A stretch of 63,748 nt of DNA, filler included, from Sphacelaria rigidula (lineage: Eukaryota): NCBI GenBank assembly GCA_964200075.2. It is 6 parts of 6 records of this genome, joined end to end, with 100 filler letters (N's around TTAATTAATTAA, not from the genome) between each part and the next. Parts side by side here need not be neighbours in the genome. Positions count along the whole stretch, not along the records: positions 1 to 10,542 come from CAXNAA020006308.1; positions 10,643 to 21,184 come from CAXNAA020006309.1; 4 more parts are not named here. The stretch is one strand, 5' to 3'. Position numbers and translations under genes: made by a program. Shown piece after piece: positions 1 to 11,849 of this stretch (position 1 is its first letter; each line of letters opens with the position of its first letter). The notes beneath the pieces are model-generated. The model saw only the letters and a program-made list of their open reading frames with translations. It made no database searches and was not told where the DNA came from.

Positions 1-972
1 GACAATAGATTCGGGACATGGGACATGATATATCATTGCCGTGACAATGGAAGGGCCAATTTGTTTATCGATACATTTTTTGTTGTTGCAATAGGGTCTG
101 AATTGTGGCCACTAATGTTTATTGCCAACCACAATGGGATCTACGACGCGGCTACCAATATATATTGTTGGTCACGATAGGATCTAAATTGTGCCCACCA
201 ATGTCTATTTAGGGTCACAATAGAATCTGAATCGCGACCACCAATGTCTACCGGTGGTCACAATGCAACTTGAATCGCGGCCATCAATATCTATCGCTGA
301 CCACAAAGGTAGCTGAATGGCGTCGATCACTGGCGCTACGTATGCATATTTTTCGATGTATGTTTCCGCCTTGTTCCACAGAGGCTATGGCCAGCTATCG
401 TCTCAGGTCGTTGCGTGTTCATGTGTAAGGGGTATTTCCGTTGGTATCATGAGACCACTGAAGTGAGCAATCTATTTTCCAAAACCGATCGTCGGCGTCA
501 CTGGCTGTCGATAGGTGCTCCCGAGGGCAATCGATTGTTGAGGGCAATGCCCATATTGGTAGATACAGAAAAATGCCTTGGCATTTTTCGGCGGTAGAAG
601 CTACCGATAGACGGCTCACCAAATCTATTGATGGCGGTAATAGCTATGGATGGATAACTCACTTCATCTATTGATGACGGCAATGGCTATCGATGGGTGG
701 CTCACCAAACCTATTGATAACGGCAATGTCTATCGATATATACAACCCAAAATATATTGCGGTACACCATTTCCATCGATGGCGAGTGATGTTTATCTAT
801 TGTGATTGCCATAGGCTATCGATCGACTATTGCAACATTATCTATTGCTCCTTGCAATACACGTCAATATATATGTTTCACCATCTATCGTGTTCGATAA
901 GATATATCGATAGCTTTTTCCCCGTGTCTATTGCTGAAGCAATGAACTATTATTGTGTTCATTGTCCAGGGT
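1..972. mobile_element. Non-autonomous DNA-transposon-like element with 43-bp subterminal repeat arrays
   Basis: Degenerate 43-bp units start at 89, 132, 175, 218, 261 and 304. A second 43-bp array has units at about 613, 656, 699 and 742. The right end ATTGTCCAGGGT (961-972) is the reverse complement of ACCCTGGACAAT, and the contig begins GACAAT, as if just inside the left terminus. Confidence 0.5.
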
Positions 973-1104
973 TTGAAATCTTTCCCATCGCCAAGCCGAG
1001 GAGAGAAGTCACAGACGTGACACGACCAACATGGAAATATGTTTTTTGATGGCGATGGATTGGCTCGTTGATTTGATCTCCATTAGTGTTCTGGACATGA
1101 ACCT

Positions 1105-4100
1105 AACCTCAGTGCTATTGGTCCCTCTGACATAGCGACGCGTAGTGATCCCGGCTGCGCTTTTGCCTGTTGCGTAGTACAGCGGCACTCCGTTGGGTTG
1201 CTGAGGCAGCCAGCTTCGACGTGCTTGCGGAGGAGGTTGGTGACCTCCATTGCTTTTGGTCGAAGGAGAAGTTCTCCCGATTTCGCGTCGATCACGTTCC
1301 GGAATTGGTCGATCACTGAATCGAAACGTGCCGACAAACGTTCCCGGTTTGGTACCAACCGCCGGCAGTTCCGCAGACAAAAGGTCCAGTTTTTTCCCTT
1401 GTAAGTTGCCACCTCCTCCGGTTTCATGCCTTGCGCTTTCAGAGCTAACTCAACCTGTCATCACCGAACAGATATCTAGGTCAGAAACGAAATCGGAACG
1501 ACCGTAGTGGTTGCAATGCAAGCTTCAGCACACCGCCGGAACTCATATATGCACAAAGTTAAAATCCTCTCAAAAGTCACTCACGCGACCAACAGTAGAC
1601 GTAATGTCAACAACACTTGACTCTTTGATGTCGGCTAGATTTACGATAAAGCAAGCGTCTCTCAATCGAGCCATGAAGGGCCTAAAGGCACCATGGCTCT
1701 TTTTCAGCAGGCGCGACAGACGCTGAAGTGCGTGAAAGATGTCGAGGCGAACCTTGAGCATGCGCCTCCTTTCCTGCGAAAATTGGAGGAATACGACTAA
1801 CGTTGAATAACGGCAGTGGCAGTACACCGACGATTGGCGTCTGCAGGTAACAACCTTCAGGGACAACAGTGATGTTCACTTAAAAAAATCGCTTTCTACC
1901 TTCGCAGCACTGGTATCTCGGTCCATGTTGATATCACCATTGCTGTCGTCCACGGCTCCCGTGTGGCAAGCACGGCGCCTAAGACCGAGGTCACCGTCAT
2001 CATGCCCATCGCTGTCCTCTCCGTCCTCATCCAAGTCTTCGTCATCTACAGGGAGAACCATGCAAATAAGTTAGGTTTGGTTTATACGATATCGTTGTCA
2101 ACAAAGCGCCGAGTACCCAAAATGCAAGGGTTTCACAAACTATCACAACGCCATCACAGAAGGGGGCAAGATCTTACCTGGCGAGCGCACGACATGGTGA
2201 GGTGGATCAGCAGCGAAGAACTCGGCGTCATCATCGTAAGCGGTGCTTGCACTCTTAGTTGCCGAAGGTGCCGGTGTCGGAGGACGTGGTGTCAAACCCC
2301 TCGCGAGGCGAACATGGGCAAGACTGTCGCCATCGCTCTCGAAGACGTCTTTCAACGTCACACGTTTCACACCGGAGACAGAAGGTGCGTTTTTGTGCGG
2401 AATGAATGCAGCGGGCACGAGCGCCTCGATCAGTTTGGCTACGATAACACCTTTCTTCAACCGTTGCCAGGATCTACGGCGCCACCGACACAGAGCTTCC
2501 TCGTCACCCTGCACCTCCCCAAGACCAACACAATTGGCATGGTTGTTGCTGTAGAGACGCACCCATTAAAACAGCAGGATACAACACACAATTTGCCGGC
2601 GGGATAGCAGTATCTCTTGCGAGCGATCGTGATGTACATCCTACATGATGGAACGGCGCAAGCAAACAGCTTCGGCGCGCCTGATACAAACACGGCATTC
2701 GCACCTTTGTTCCCACTCGGCAGCGTCGTCGGTGCGGGGGTGCGTATGGGGTCTTTCAGTCTCTCGATTTTCTTGTACACGGGCACGGACGCGTACGCGT
2801 CTAGGCACGCACACTGCACCTGTGACCATGAGAAGAGCGTGGTTCATCATGAGAACATGAACAAAATAGCAAGTTGAAAAGCACCACGCAAACAACTAAG
2901 CAGTGATGAGAAGGATACCACAAGAAAATCGTTGCAGGCGCAAAAGCAACGCGCAGAGCTTCCTGAATCCCATCTGCTCACTTGTGAGGGAACCGCTGCT
3001 CCATCGAGAGAAGCGGATGGTCGGATCTTTAGGGAGTTCTTTCCCAATTAAAGCACCCGTCATGCCCGCCAGCGAACGAGACGGCGTCTCCACCCAACAC
3101 TCTCTTGCGTGAGTCCTCACGTCTACGGTGTTGGCGACGTCGACGCCATGGTCTCCCTCCAAAAGAGAAGCATCAGAATTCGCATTTACACCGACCTGGA
3201 GATGAGCGGAAGCGGCAGACTGCATGAGTAACGCACACGCACCTCATTTGTACCTCAGTACTTTGAAAATAGGCATCACTAACCATACCTTTGCGATGGA
3301 AGGTTCTTCCAGAAGTTGTCGCAAGGCAGCGGGGAAGTTCGACGGGGTGGTTCGATTTTGCCCACGTTGAAGATGAAAGCAGTAGGCGGTGCCATCAGGA
3401 AGCGACAGCTGGACAGTTGAGACAGGATTTGGTGTCGCGCCGCCGAGCGCTGGCTCCCATTCGCAGTCGAATCCCAAAACATTCCCCTGCACAGCGCAGC
3501 CTTTGGCAAGCTGAGGAACCGCCAAAGAGATGGCGCTTGCTCCCGGTGCCAGATCCCAAACGTACTTGCCACGCGCGGGCGAGGGGAATGAGAGTTCAGG
3601 TACAGTAGCCTCTTCATTTACGCTATCGGCGTCAGCAGTATTGTACAAACGGACACCAGTTTCCTCCAGTATCTCTTGAAACATCGCGAGGAGCAGTCCC
3701 CGATCCTCGCAATATTTGTCTGCGACGCGAAAACATATACAATGGATGAAGAGGCAAAACTTCGCGGTGGGATAATCTACACTATGAACAACCAAGCCTG
3801 CTCATCGAAGACAATCTGTTTTCTTCGAAACACGTGTCGTACCTGTGAAAAGGATCACTGGGACTTCAAAGCCATGACCCACGAAGCGCTTGATAAACAT
3901 CATTCTAAGATCATTCTTGAGATCGTAGATTGATCCAGTCTTTATGGCCTTTGAAAATACAACCTAGAATACGGGAAAAGCAGCCGAGGGAGCCAGCGGG
4001 GGAGGGTTGAGAGTGAGACCTCGACCGAAAAAATGGGTCAAGAAAAAAGGAGCTGTGCATCAATTGGTTGATAACAAAAAATTGCAAATCGTAACCACGT

Positions 4101-6720
4101 CGCGTTGACATGAACGGCATTTCCCCCCACCTTGTCGTACTCGTTCATGATGGTGAATATCCCGTACACGGGCCGCGCGCGTGTCCCATCTGGTCCTGTG
4201 GGCAATCGGATTACCTTGGCGTAGTTGGAGGAAGCATCGCCTGCCAGCAGCCGATCGTCGACTAACTGAGCTCGACGCTGCAGATATTCTTCACGCGTCC
4301 ACGCCTGTCCATCATCCTGACATGATACCAATCCGAGGGAATAAACAGAAGTCATGGCCACTAGCAGCACTAGCACTATTGATTCGTCCTTACCCACACC
4401 GTCTGCTGTTCCTGTCACATTCATACAGCCAAACTACGCGTACACCAAAATCTGCTAATATTTCACTTCTCCGCACCTGTATGATGGGAATTTCGTAAAA
4501 CGATTTGTGCCAGATGTCCCGCACATAGTGAGCGGATGGATGACTGCTGTTGAACCCGACAGGGTCTCCGATACACCCAAACCTTGCGATAGTAGGGCCG
4601 ACGTCAAAATCTTGCCCCCGCAAACCCTTGAGTTGAGACACACGGCGATTGGCTAGCGATACGTACGAACGGAAGAGTTTGAAGTACGTTGCAGAGTATG
4701 CCCTTTCAAGAGAGTTTGAAGTCGCCGAAAAGCCTTTCCCCTCGAGGAGATCATCCGCTAAACGGTTAACCACGGTCATACATATGGCGGCTTTCTTGGT
4801 CAGGACGAACGGGAATTCCTCAGACACGAAGTCGTTCATCCTCGCCAAAACGTCGGCATCCCATGCATTGACCGTGGTGGTTGTACGCTGATCTTTCTGC
4901 TTCGTCGTGTTGGTATCGACACACCGCTTGCAATAGTACCTGTTACAAAAGCGCGAGTTCAGCACCGAGCACGAGCGATACTCAACTGCAAGTACTTTGA
5001 AAAAATCTACCGACCGCGGTTGGAAAACAAAACACCTCACATGCAGCACTTTTATGCGGAGACCAACAGTGACATATTTCTTCGGCAGCGATGGATGTAC
5101 TCATGTTCAGAGCGCGACATGTGTTGGAAATCTCGTAGTTGAGAATTTGAGGCTCGTTTTTATTATATTTGAGAATGCACGGGTAAGCATTCGTGCTGAA
5201 CTCAAGGGTAAATAAGAATGATAAATCTAAAAGTGCCAGGGGGTCGGTAGGGAAGAATCCACAAGAATGCAGTACACATCAAAATAATTACAAATTGCCT
5301 TCACAATCACCACGGCTACATCAGGCCCTCAAACAAGCTGCCTCCTCTCTTAAACTGGCAAACATTCATATCTACTGGGACACCCGATGGATAATGACAA
5401 CCTGTCCAAAACTCGTACAGTAATGTATTTTGTTCCGATTCGTCTTTCGGAACAAGACAGATTTACGTACTGCTTACTGCTGGCGCACGGCACAGTACTG
5501 TACCTGCAATCTCTTTTGGCAGAGGATAAGAGTAGGGGGTACCTTGGATGCCCCCTTCTCCTATACCTGTGCAAAATAAGAATTTCAAAATTAAGCATTT
5601 GGCGTTTTCACCTCTTCGAACAATGAGAAATCGGATTTACGCATTTCTGCTGAAATGGGAAATAAGACGCCGAGCCAAGCTCCAAGTAAGAGTTTCTCAA
5701 CATATGTCGCGCTTTGTACTCGAAAGTATATGAACAGCAGTGTGGGCAGGTCCACCTGAATCCGATCATGTCGCAGATATCGTCCTCCAAAAAGACTCGG
5801 CGTGGTTCACAATTCCACCCATCCGGAGGCCCACGCCCGCCACAATGCGGGCAGGGGATATACTCGATCTCATCCCAGATGTACTCAGGCACCCACGTGA
5901 ACACCTTCTTCGGGTATAACGGCTCCACGCATGGTAGACCTGTAACGATCAGGAGTCCCGTATGTTACTGAAAATATCATCCCTACGGGGTATACCACCC
6001 CGTCACCAAGTGATACGTTTTGCGCATGATCTGCACCATGTGCCATGTGCCACAGACAGTAGGACACCTTCAAGTTCTACTACTGTAAAGTTTTTACCAG
6101 TCCGCGGCAGAGCCACTCACCTCCGCCTTTCTGTAGTGAGGGAACAGGAGGGTACGCCCATCCGCCAATGTAGAGGGATACTCCGACATCCGCCAGACTC
6201 CCCCGTTCTCGTGCTTCGTAGATGATTTTATATTGATCTTGATCTCCTCGATGAATTGGCGCTGAGGTGAAGCGTTCGAGGTGCAGTGGCCGCTGCCGCT
6301 GCTGCTGCTGGTGGTGTCTGACGAAGTCATGCTTGGTTGCGGTGCGTTGTTAGTCCTCGCGGATCCATTACCACTTCTCCCACCATCACGACCACTGACA
6401 TTACTGGTGTTTGGGTCACTCGGCGATGGTAGGCTTGCACCTGCGGATGACCTCCCAGCACTCGGCGATAGTGCGCCACCTGTCGACGCGCGAGACTCGG
6501 AATCTTTCCTGAACATGGTGGTAATTTTTCGGGTGTCCTTGACCGCTGCTTCGGCCAAGGCGGTCCTTGCATTTCTGCCTGACTTCAACGCCGTAGGCTT
6601 GTTCGTGCTCCCTACGGGACGCCTTCGCTTTCTGCCGACCTCCCTCGTTGTTACTGTAGCCTCCGACCTCCTCGACCTCTACCGTGCACGTTCAGCTTGC
6701 TGTTGTGCTGGGAGGGCTAT
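1105..6720 (-). pseudogene. Decayed spliced DDE transposase (MULE/ISL3-like motif order, DUF6729-like N-terminus) with an inserted DEDDy 3'-5' exonuclease
   Basis: Minus-strand exons give, in order: RKRRRPVGSTNK (AT-hook-like, ~6600-6635); FTWVP..CPHC..RRVF (5755-5930); YYCKRC..AWDADVL..FPFVLT (4477-4940); LLAGDAS..FTIMNEY (4131-4316); ILFT|DKYCEDR (spliced ~3844/3719); GFDCEW (~3460); VNANSDASLL (~3170); CACLDAY (~2800); VRLDIFH (~1740); GCLSNP..PLYY..RGTNSTE (1105-1215). Lesions are an in-frame TAG near 6680, a frameshift near 1195 and eroded splice sites. Confidence 0.8.
2770..3500 (-). other. WRN/EXD-like DEDDy 3'-5' exonuclease domain embedded in the transposase
   Basis: ExoI is VLGFDCEW followed by VSTVQLS and FPAALRQLLE. 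ExoII is VGVNANSDASLL. SLAGMTGALIGKELPKD..RFSRWS..LTSEQ follows. ExoIII is VQCACLDAYAS, where the canonical YAxxDA has Tyr changed to Cys. Confidence 0.85.
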
Positions 6721-7839
6721 TCCTCCCCGAGGGTTGTAGGGGTTTGGCACGGTGACGGAGGGGACCGGTGTTGGCGCTGCTTGCGCGATACCAAACATTG
6801 CTGGATACAGACAGACAAACAGCGGTCAATATCGCTCGACTGGCTGGGCCAGATCCCGTGCTCCGATGAAAGGAGCAACCCACAGCACAGCGCAGGTGTA
6901 CTGCATCGCTAGGGTACTGATCGCACGCGGAAGCATACAGACCGCTGTTGCTGACGTGTGCCAGGGCTCGCCGCCACGGCATGATGTAAGCGCCCTTGCC
7001 AAGGTAGGCATATATCGAAACACGAGCATCACCTGGACCCTTGCGGCAGGAGTGTACCACTCGCTGTCTGCTCGTGTGCTTGCTACTTCGTTTCTCTGTG
7101 CTCCGTCCGTCCCGGCGCGACACAGCGAACTGTCTGTAGTACGTACACCTTGAGGCGACTTGAGTCTGCGAGCCAATCAAAAGCATGGTTCACTACATAA
7201 ATCACTACGAAGGTCCCATTTCATTGGCGCTAAATTCCGCCGTATTCTTGCTGGATGGCCTCTGATTGGTTGAATTTCCCATTTCACTACATAAATATAT
7301 CCCCATGTATGGGCGTTGTGCCAGAGATTCAGGGCAGCAGCGTAGATGAAGACACACACCAGTGGCCACCGCAGAGCCACCGACTAAGGACAGAAGCAAC
7401 AACCGATATGAGCAGACAGGATTCTTCGATTGGCGGCCCTCGACGCAGCAGCCTCTCGTTTGTGACGACGGTCTGATTCTCGTTCGTCCGTGCGTCGCCA
7501 CGTGTCCTCCAACTCTTACGGTCCTTTTTCGACTCCAATATGCCATTTGCCCACGTTCTTCGCCGCAGTGACCCAATCGTATGCATCGTTTACCTCGACA
7601 CCGTAGACGGACAATTTCCGTTGGGATCCTTTGTGCGGGACAGCCCCTAGTGCACGTAGGTTCTCCTGGAGGTTATCCTCTCATTGCTTGGGGAGGCGGC
7701 TGGTCTCCTTGGGCCCTCGTGTGGTTCACCAGGCAGACCTCAAATCGGCGCCTGCGACTCCGATTCCAACAGTGCAGTGCGATGGGGTGGATGGGTTTTT
7801 GGCTGTGTTGGGGGGTTTTGGCCACCGGCAGACAACATG

Positions 7840-7935
7840 GACAAAAACGCGTCACGTGCAAGCTAGGACTCGGGACTGTCAGCACGAATGAAGATCCGAA
7901 TATTGGTGTGTATACTCGAATCAAGTGATATTAAA
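7840..7935 (-). repeat. Dispersed repeat fragment (family also at ~51020-51280 and ~53450-53700)
   Basis: AAGATCCGAATATTGGTGTGTATACTCGAATCAAGTGATATTAA resembles the reverse complement of TTAATATTACTTGATGTGAGTGTGAACACCGACGTTTGGATCTT (~53450-53492). An AAAAACGCGT motif is also shared. Confidence 0.6.
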
Positions 7936-8879
7936 GATCGCGAAGGATGCTGCTCCCTCTAGCAAACAAAGAGAAAATCCTCTACACATGCTGTTTTGGT
8001 CCTTCTCCGTCGTTTTTAAGGCCGAAAAGAGAGCTAGGCGGAGTTTGATGACTTGCTCTACTCGTTGAGGCGGTTCCAGGGCATCTTTGCGTTCCCCGGT
8101 GGCCACAGTTTTCATTTTGGCCGACCAAGCATTTTTGTCTAAGAACGGTCAAGAGCGGTCAAATCTAGAAGAAAAATGTTTTTCTTGTCTGGACTTGACC
8201 GTCTCTGGACAAAAATACTTGTTTGAAAAAAAAAACTACGGCCACCGGAAAATGCGATCTGGAAGCGCCTTAACGAGTAGAGCACGTCATTCCAAGGTGT
8301 TAAACTCCGTCGATCTCTCTTATAGGACGTAAAACGACGAAGAAGGACCAAAACAGCATTTTTACAGGACTTTTTTTCATTTGCTATAAGGGGCGGCCTG
8401 AGACCGACTCTAATGGGACCCGTTCCGATTATGTTTCTCAAAAATTTTGAACAGGTGGTCATAAAACCGACCACTATGAAACAAAATCGTCAAGATTTCG
8501 ACCTCCTAAATTCTGAACGGACCCAAAAAAATTCAAAATTTTGGCCAAACGTTCAGAATTGGGGGACGATTCTGAACGCTTGAGGACCTGTTCAAAAGTT
8601 GGCACAAGAAGTAAAATGAGACATGTCATGTTTTGTTGTACAAGAGCACACGCAGACGACCTGCGGCTCTCTCATGTGCTGCACCTATCACTGCATAATC
8701 GGTCAAACCTTGCCAAACTTGTCTACTGTAGTCTCTACTGGATTACCTGAGCTGCTGTACTACTATCGCATTCCGAACAACTGCTGTTGGAAGGCAGTGC
8801 TGTCTTGTCCAAGTTGAAAATGCGATGCTATTGACGCGAAGTTTTAAAATTTAACGTCACGTGGCTGTTCATAGGCGCC

Positions 8880-9738
8880 CAGCTGTTTCCCATCGCCATC
8901 AGTAGCCACGCTGGCTTTAATCCCATCACCAGCAGTAGCCACACGTGAGACACACTCGACGCGCACAGCTCCCACAGAGAGATACACACAGCTATATTTC
9001 CCAGCTCTTCGCCGAGTGAGCAAGCGTGGGCCCATCGGCGGGTAGTATGGGCTAGCGCTTTCCAGCACGGTGGCTATCACGCGCAAGGTGAGTGGGCGTT
9101 GTCGCACGATCGGAACGCGGACTGTCTCTCGCACGAGGAAGAGCAGCAACAAGAGCAGCAGCAGCAGCAGCAGTATTGACACCGGCAGATTCAGACCCAT
9201 CCCCAGCAGTATTCATCTACTGAAAGTAAAGATGCTGTTGCTGTTGCTGCTGCTGCTCTTGTTGAAACAAGGGTGCGAATGCCGTGGTTGAAACAAAGGT
9301 GCGAATCCCTGCTTCGACCCGCGACAGTGTCCATCACCCGGTGCATTATTGCCTCCCTACTTCGAATCGATTGTGGTTGTCACGCCCACTGCAGTGTCAG
9401 TACGTTTCACTTTTTTCCCTGCGATGGGCGCTGGCTTCATTGCTATCACCAGCAATAACAACGCGTGTGAGACACACTCGACGTGCACAGCCCCCACGGA
9501 CAGATTCGCACAGCTATTTCTCCCAGAACTTAGCCGAGTGAGGAAGCATAGACCCATCGGCGGGGAGTACGGACTAGCGCTTTCCAGCACGGCAGCTATC
9601 ACGCGCAAAGTGCGTGGTCGTTGTCGCACCATCAATATGCGGACCGTTTCTCGCACGAGGAAGAGCAGCAGCAGCAGCAGTATCGGCACCGACTGATTCA
9701 GACCCACCCACAGCAGTATATATCCACTGGTAGTAAAA

Positions 9739-9769
<31 letters not shown>

Positions 9770-9790
9770 TATTGCTTTTTCTCCTTCTCG
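8880..9790. repeat. Two diverged direct copies of a ~400-bp unit with CAG/CTG tracts
   Basis: CGTGAGACACACTCGACG..CCCATCGGCGGG..CTAGCGCTTTCCAGCACGG..CACGAGGAAGAGCAGCA..ATTCAGACCCA occurs at ~8944-9200 and again at ~9466-9710. Confidence 0.85.
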
Positions 9791-10542
9791 AGCTGGAGGC
9801 CGTCCGCGTTTCGACCGGCGACAATGCCCTTACACCCTTGCGCGTGATTGTCGCCGTGCCTGTAGTCGCCGGTCTATTCCGTGTGCTGTTACCGTCGTTG
9901 CATCACTCGTCTCTTCCCCTACATTGAAACGGCGTGTGATTTCTCGTGAAAATGAATTAGTAAACCGTCACGTCACTATCACTATATCACGAAATGATTA
10001 TCGCTTTCCTTGTTTCGTCAAAATGCCGCCTCATGTTTTATATATCTTGGAAGTGCTGTTGTAGAGATGGACACCTCCTAGGCCACGCCAACTGCATCAT
10101 CCATGTACGACTCCAAATTTATGCCATAATATTGTGCTTTTTGGTACCGGTTCAGAATCGTGGCAGAAAAAAAAACGCGTTTGAAATCCTTGAAAAATAT
10201 AATTTTGAACGGCTTCCATTAGAGTTGGCCCAAGGCCGTGTCTTTTCGGAATTTTCGATTGAAAACTTGTGGCGGAAAATAAAATGTTTGTATCTGATAC
10301 ATCCACATCGTTTATGTTCTCAGATGGCTTCAAGTCAATCCATCTAAAAATAGTTCGCATGCGACCAGCAGGGTGAAGAGCAGAAAACATCGATCGTGTC
10401 TTGACCCTTTTGGGATCAACCCCCCAGTAACACAGGGTTGACCCTGTGTTTGTGAAATAATTAATAATAGGTCTTCGAGCGACCTGCTCAATCACGGCGA
10501 GGCGATATTTATCGACCAGACCCGAACGACCAGCGCGGGGAT

Positions 10543-10642
10543 NNNNNNNNNNNNNNNNNNNNNNNNNNNNNNNNNNNNNNNNNNNNTTAATTAATTAANN
10601 NNNNNNNNNNNNNNNNNNNNNNNNNNNNNNNNNNNNNNNNNN
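10543..10642. other. Artificial contig linker N44-TTAATTAATTAA-N44
   Basis: 100-nt spacer with stop codons in all six frames; five identical copies in the window. Confidence 0.98.
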
Positions 10643-10789
10643 TTTTTTTAATGATACGCCGCCCTCCCAGACCCTCCCCCCTCCCCTCCCCCCCCCCCCT
10701 CCCATCTTTTCAGCCCTCCCACCCCCCCCCCCCCCCCCCCCCCCTCCCAGGAGTAGATAAAAAGAACTGCCTCTGTGACAAAGTAATAG

Positions 10790-11090
10790 AGCAGAAGTCA
10801 TATAGTGGCAGAATGTGAACTATACAACGAGGAACGGGACGTGCTCGAGGGGGAAATGCGGGACGTGAACAAAGGTCGCATGAAATCGTTTGATGCATTC
10901 GACAGTAGCGATAAAACGATGGCTATACTAGGAGATAGATGGTGACCAGAGACGGCGAAACAGGACGGGGATAATATATGTGATTGGTGCTGGTGCAATG
11001 AATGGAAAAAACGTAATGAGCGCCGTAATGTCGGAGGTGTCTCCACTAGGAGTAGGAACGGTGCTCCGTCTCGAAAGGGATGCGTGGTCA
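10790..11090 (-). repeat. Dispersed repeat, inverted copy of 42568-42840
   Basis: Its reverse complement ACCACGCATCCCTTTCGAGACGGAGCACCGTTCCTACTCCT matches 42568 onward. Both copies give the spurious ORF MHQTISC. Confidence 0.85.
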
Positions 11091-11166
11091 ATGGTCAAAC
11101 GACAAAGGCAATCAACAAATGAGTACGCCCCCTCCCCCCCCCCCCCCCGTCCCTTATATCCCTTAC

Positions 11167-11479
11167 CTTTCTTGCGAATCGTGCATATTATCCTCAGAAA
11201 CTACCGTGTACTCCGCTCTTGTCCCAAACAGCTCCTCGATCCAGGCAGTGAGCGCTCGTACGGTGTTCAAAGCGTAAGGCCCCGCCATGGCCGCGAACAG
11301 GAGTGACAGGATGACTTTCTCCACGAACCGCCTGAGGGCATTGCTCATGATGACGTAGGCTATCCACCGCGTGGTGTCCTCTTTCATCTTGTCTAACTTC
11401 GACAACAGCTGGAGCAACGCCTGCATCTCGTATTGTGGTCACGGGGCGTCGTAGCTCCGCTTCCTTTCCGCAAATGTAC
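11167..11479 (-). pseudogene. Isolated frameshifted exon-like fragment of unknown product
   Basis: CAG acceptor near 11480 and AG|GTAAG donor near 11167. It reads YICGKEAELRRPVT / YEMQALLQLLSKLDKMKEDTTRWIAYVIMSNALRRFVEK, which needs a frameshift (otherwise an in-frame TGA at 11439-11441). Confidence 0.4.
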
Positions 11480-11637
11480 CTGAGTCTTCTTCCAATGTGT
11501 CGCTGGGCACGGGGGAAAAGCGTAGATATGAGACGGGGAGAAGAGCGGGATGTATTACCCTTGGAGATCAACACAGTTTCATATCCTGAGTGACTAGAAC
11601 AGAGTTTGCGAAACAGATTTTTTTTCTATATGTCAAA

Positions 11638-11849
11638 TGATCATGTCCTATCTCGCTGTCTAGAGCTCAAAAATGCGCGTATCCCCAACTTCTCACAGAG
11701 AGGAGCTCAAGGGTTCTCGTTAGTGGGCTCATTGTCAAGGACCTCAGTGCACTAACGTCAACGTCTCAGAGAGGCAAAGAGTCTAATATACGCTCACAGG
11801 AGCTCCTGATGTCGAAAAAAAGCACCCTGTATGAGACAGGTCATGATCA
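11638..11849. mobile_element. MITE-like element of ~212 bp
   Basis: TGATCATGTCCTATCTC (11638-11654) and GAGACAGGTCATGATCA (11833-11849) form a 15/17 inverted repeat around non-coding sequence. Confidence 0.55.

Noticed and set aside
89-790. Regularly spaced repeats as a CRISPR array
   Set aside because: The units are contiguous degenerate tandem copies with no constant repeat and unique spacer alternation. The context is eukaryotic and has no cas genes.
1963-2607. 214-aa plus-strand ORF
   Set aside because: It is an antisense shadow of the minus-strand transposase exons with no recognisable motif.
2680-2712. ~21-bp inverted match to the short tandem at 9262-9310 (AACAAAGGTGCGAATGCCGTG)
   Set aside because: It overlaps a probable splice donor inside the gene and is not at an element boundary, so it is not a credible TIR.
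3244-3795. Stand-alone WRN/EXD exonuclease host gene
   Set aside because: It is continuous with transposase-like motifs on both sides, has no helicase domain, and the wider gene is degenerate.
8844-9824. Poly-Leu/Ser/Gln ORFs
   Set aside because: They are products of CAG/CTG tracts in a non-coding repeat.
10587-10598. TTAATTAATTAA recurring every ~10.64 kb
   Set aside because: It is an assembly linker inside N runs, not a biological repeat.
11439-11441. In-frame TGA as selenocysteine or readthrough
   Set aside because: There is no redox motif or visible SECIS; a frameshift explains it more simply.
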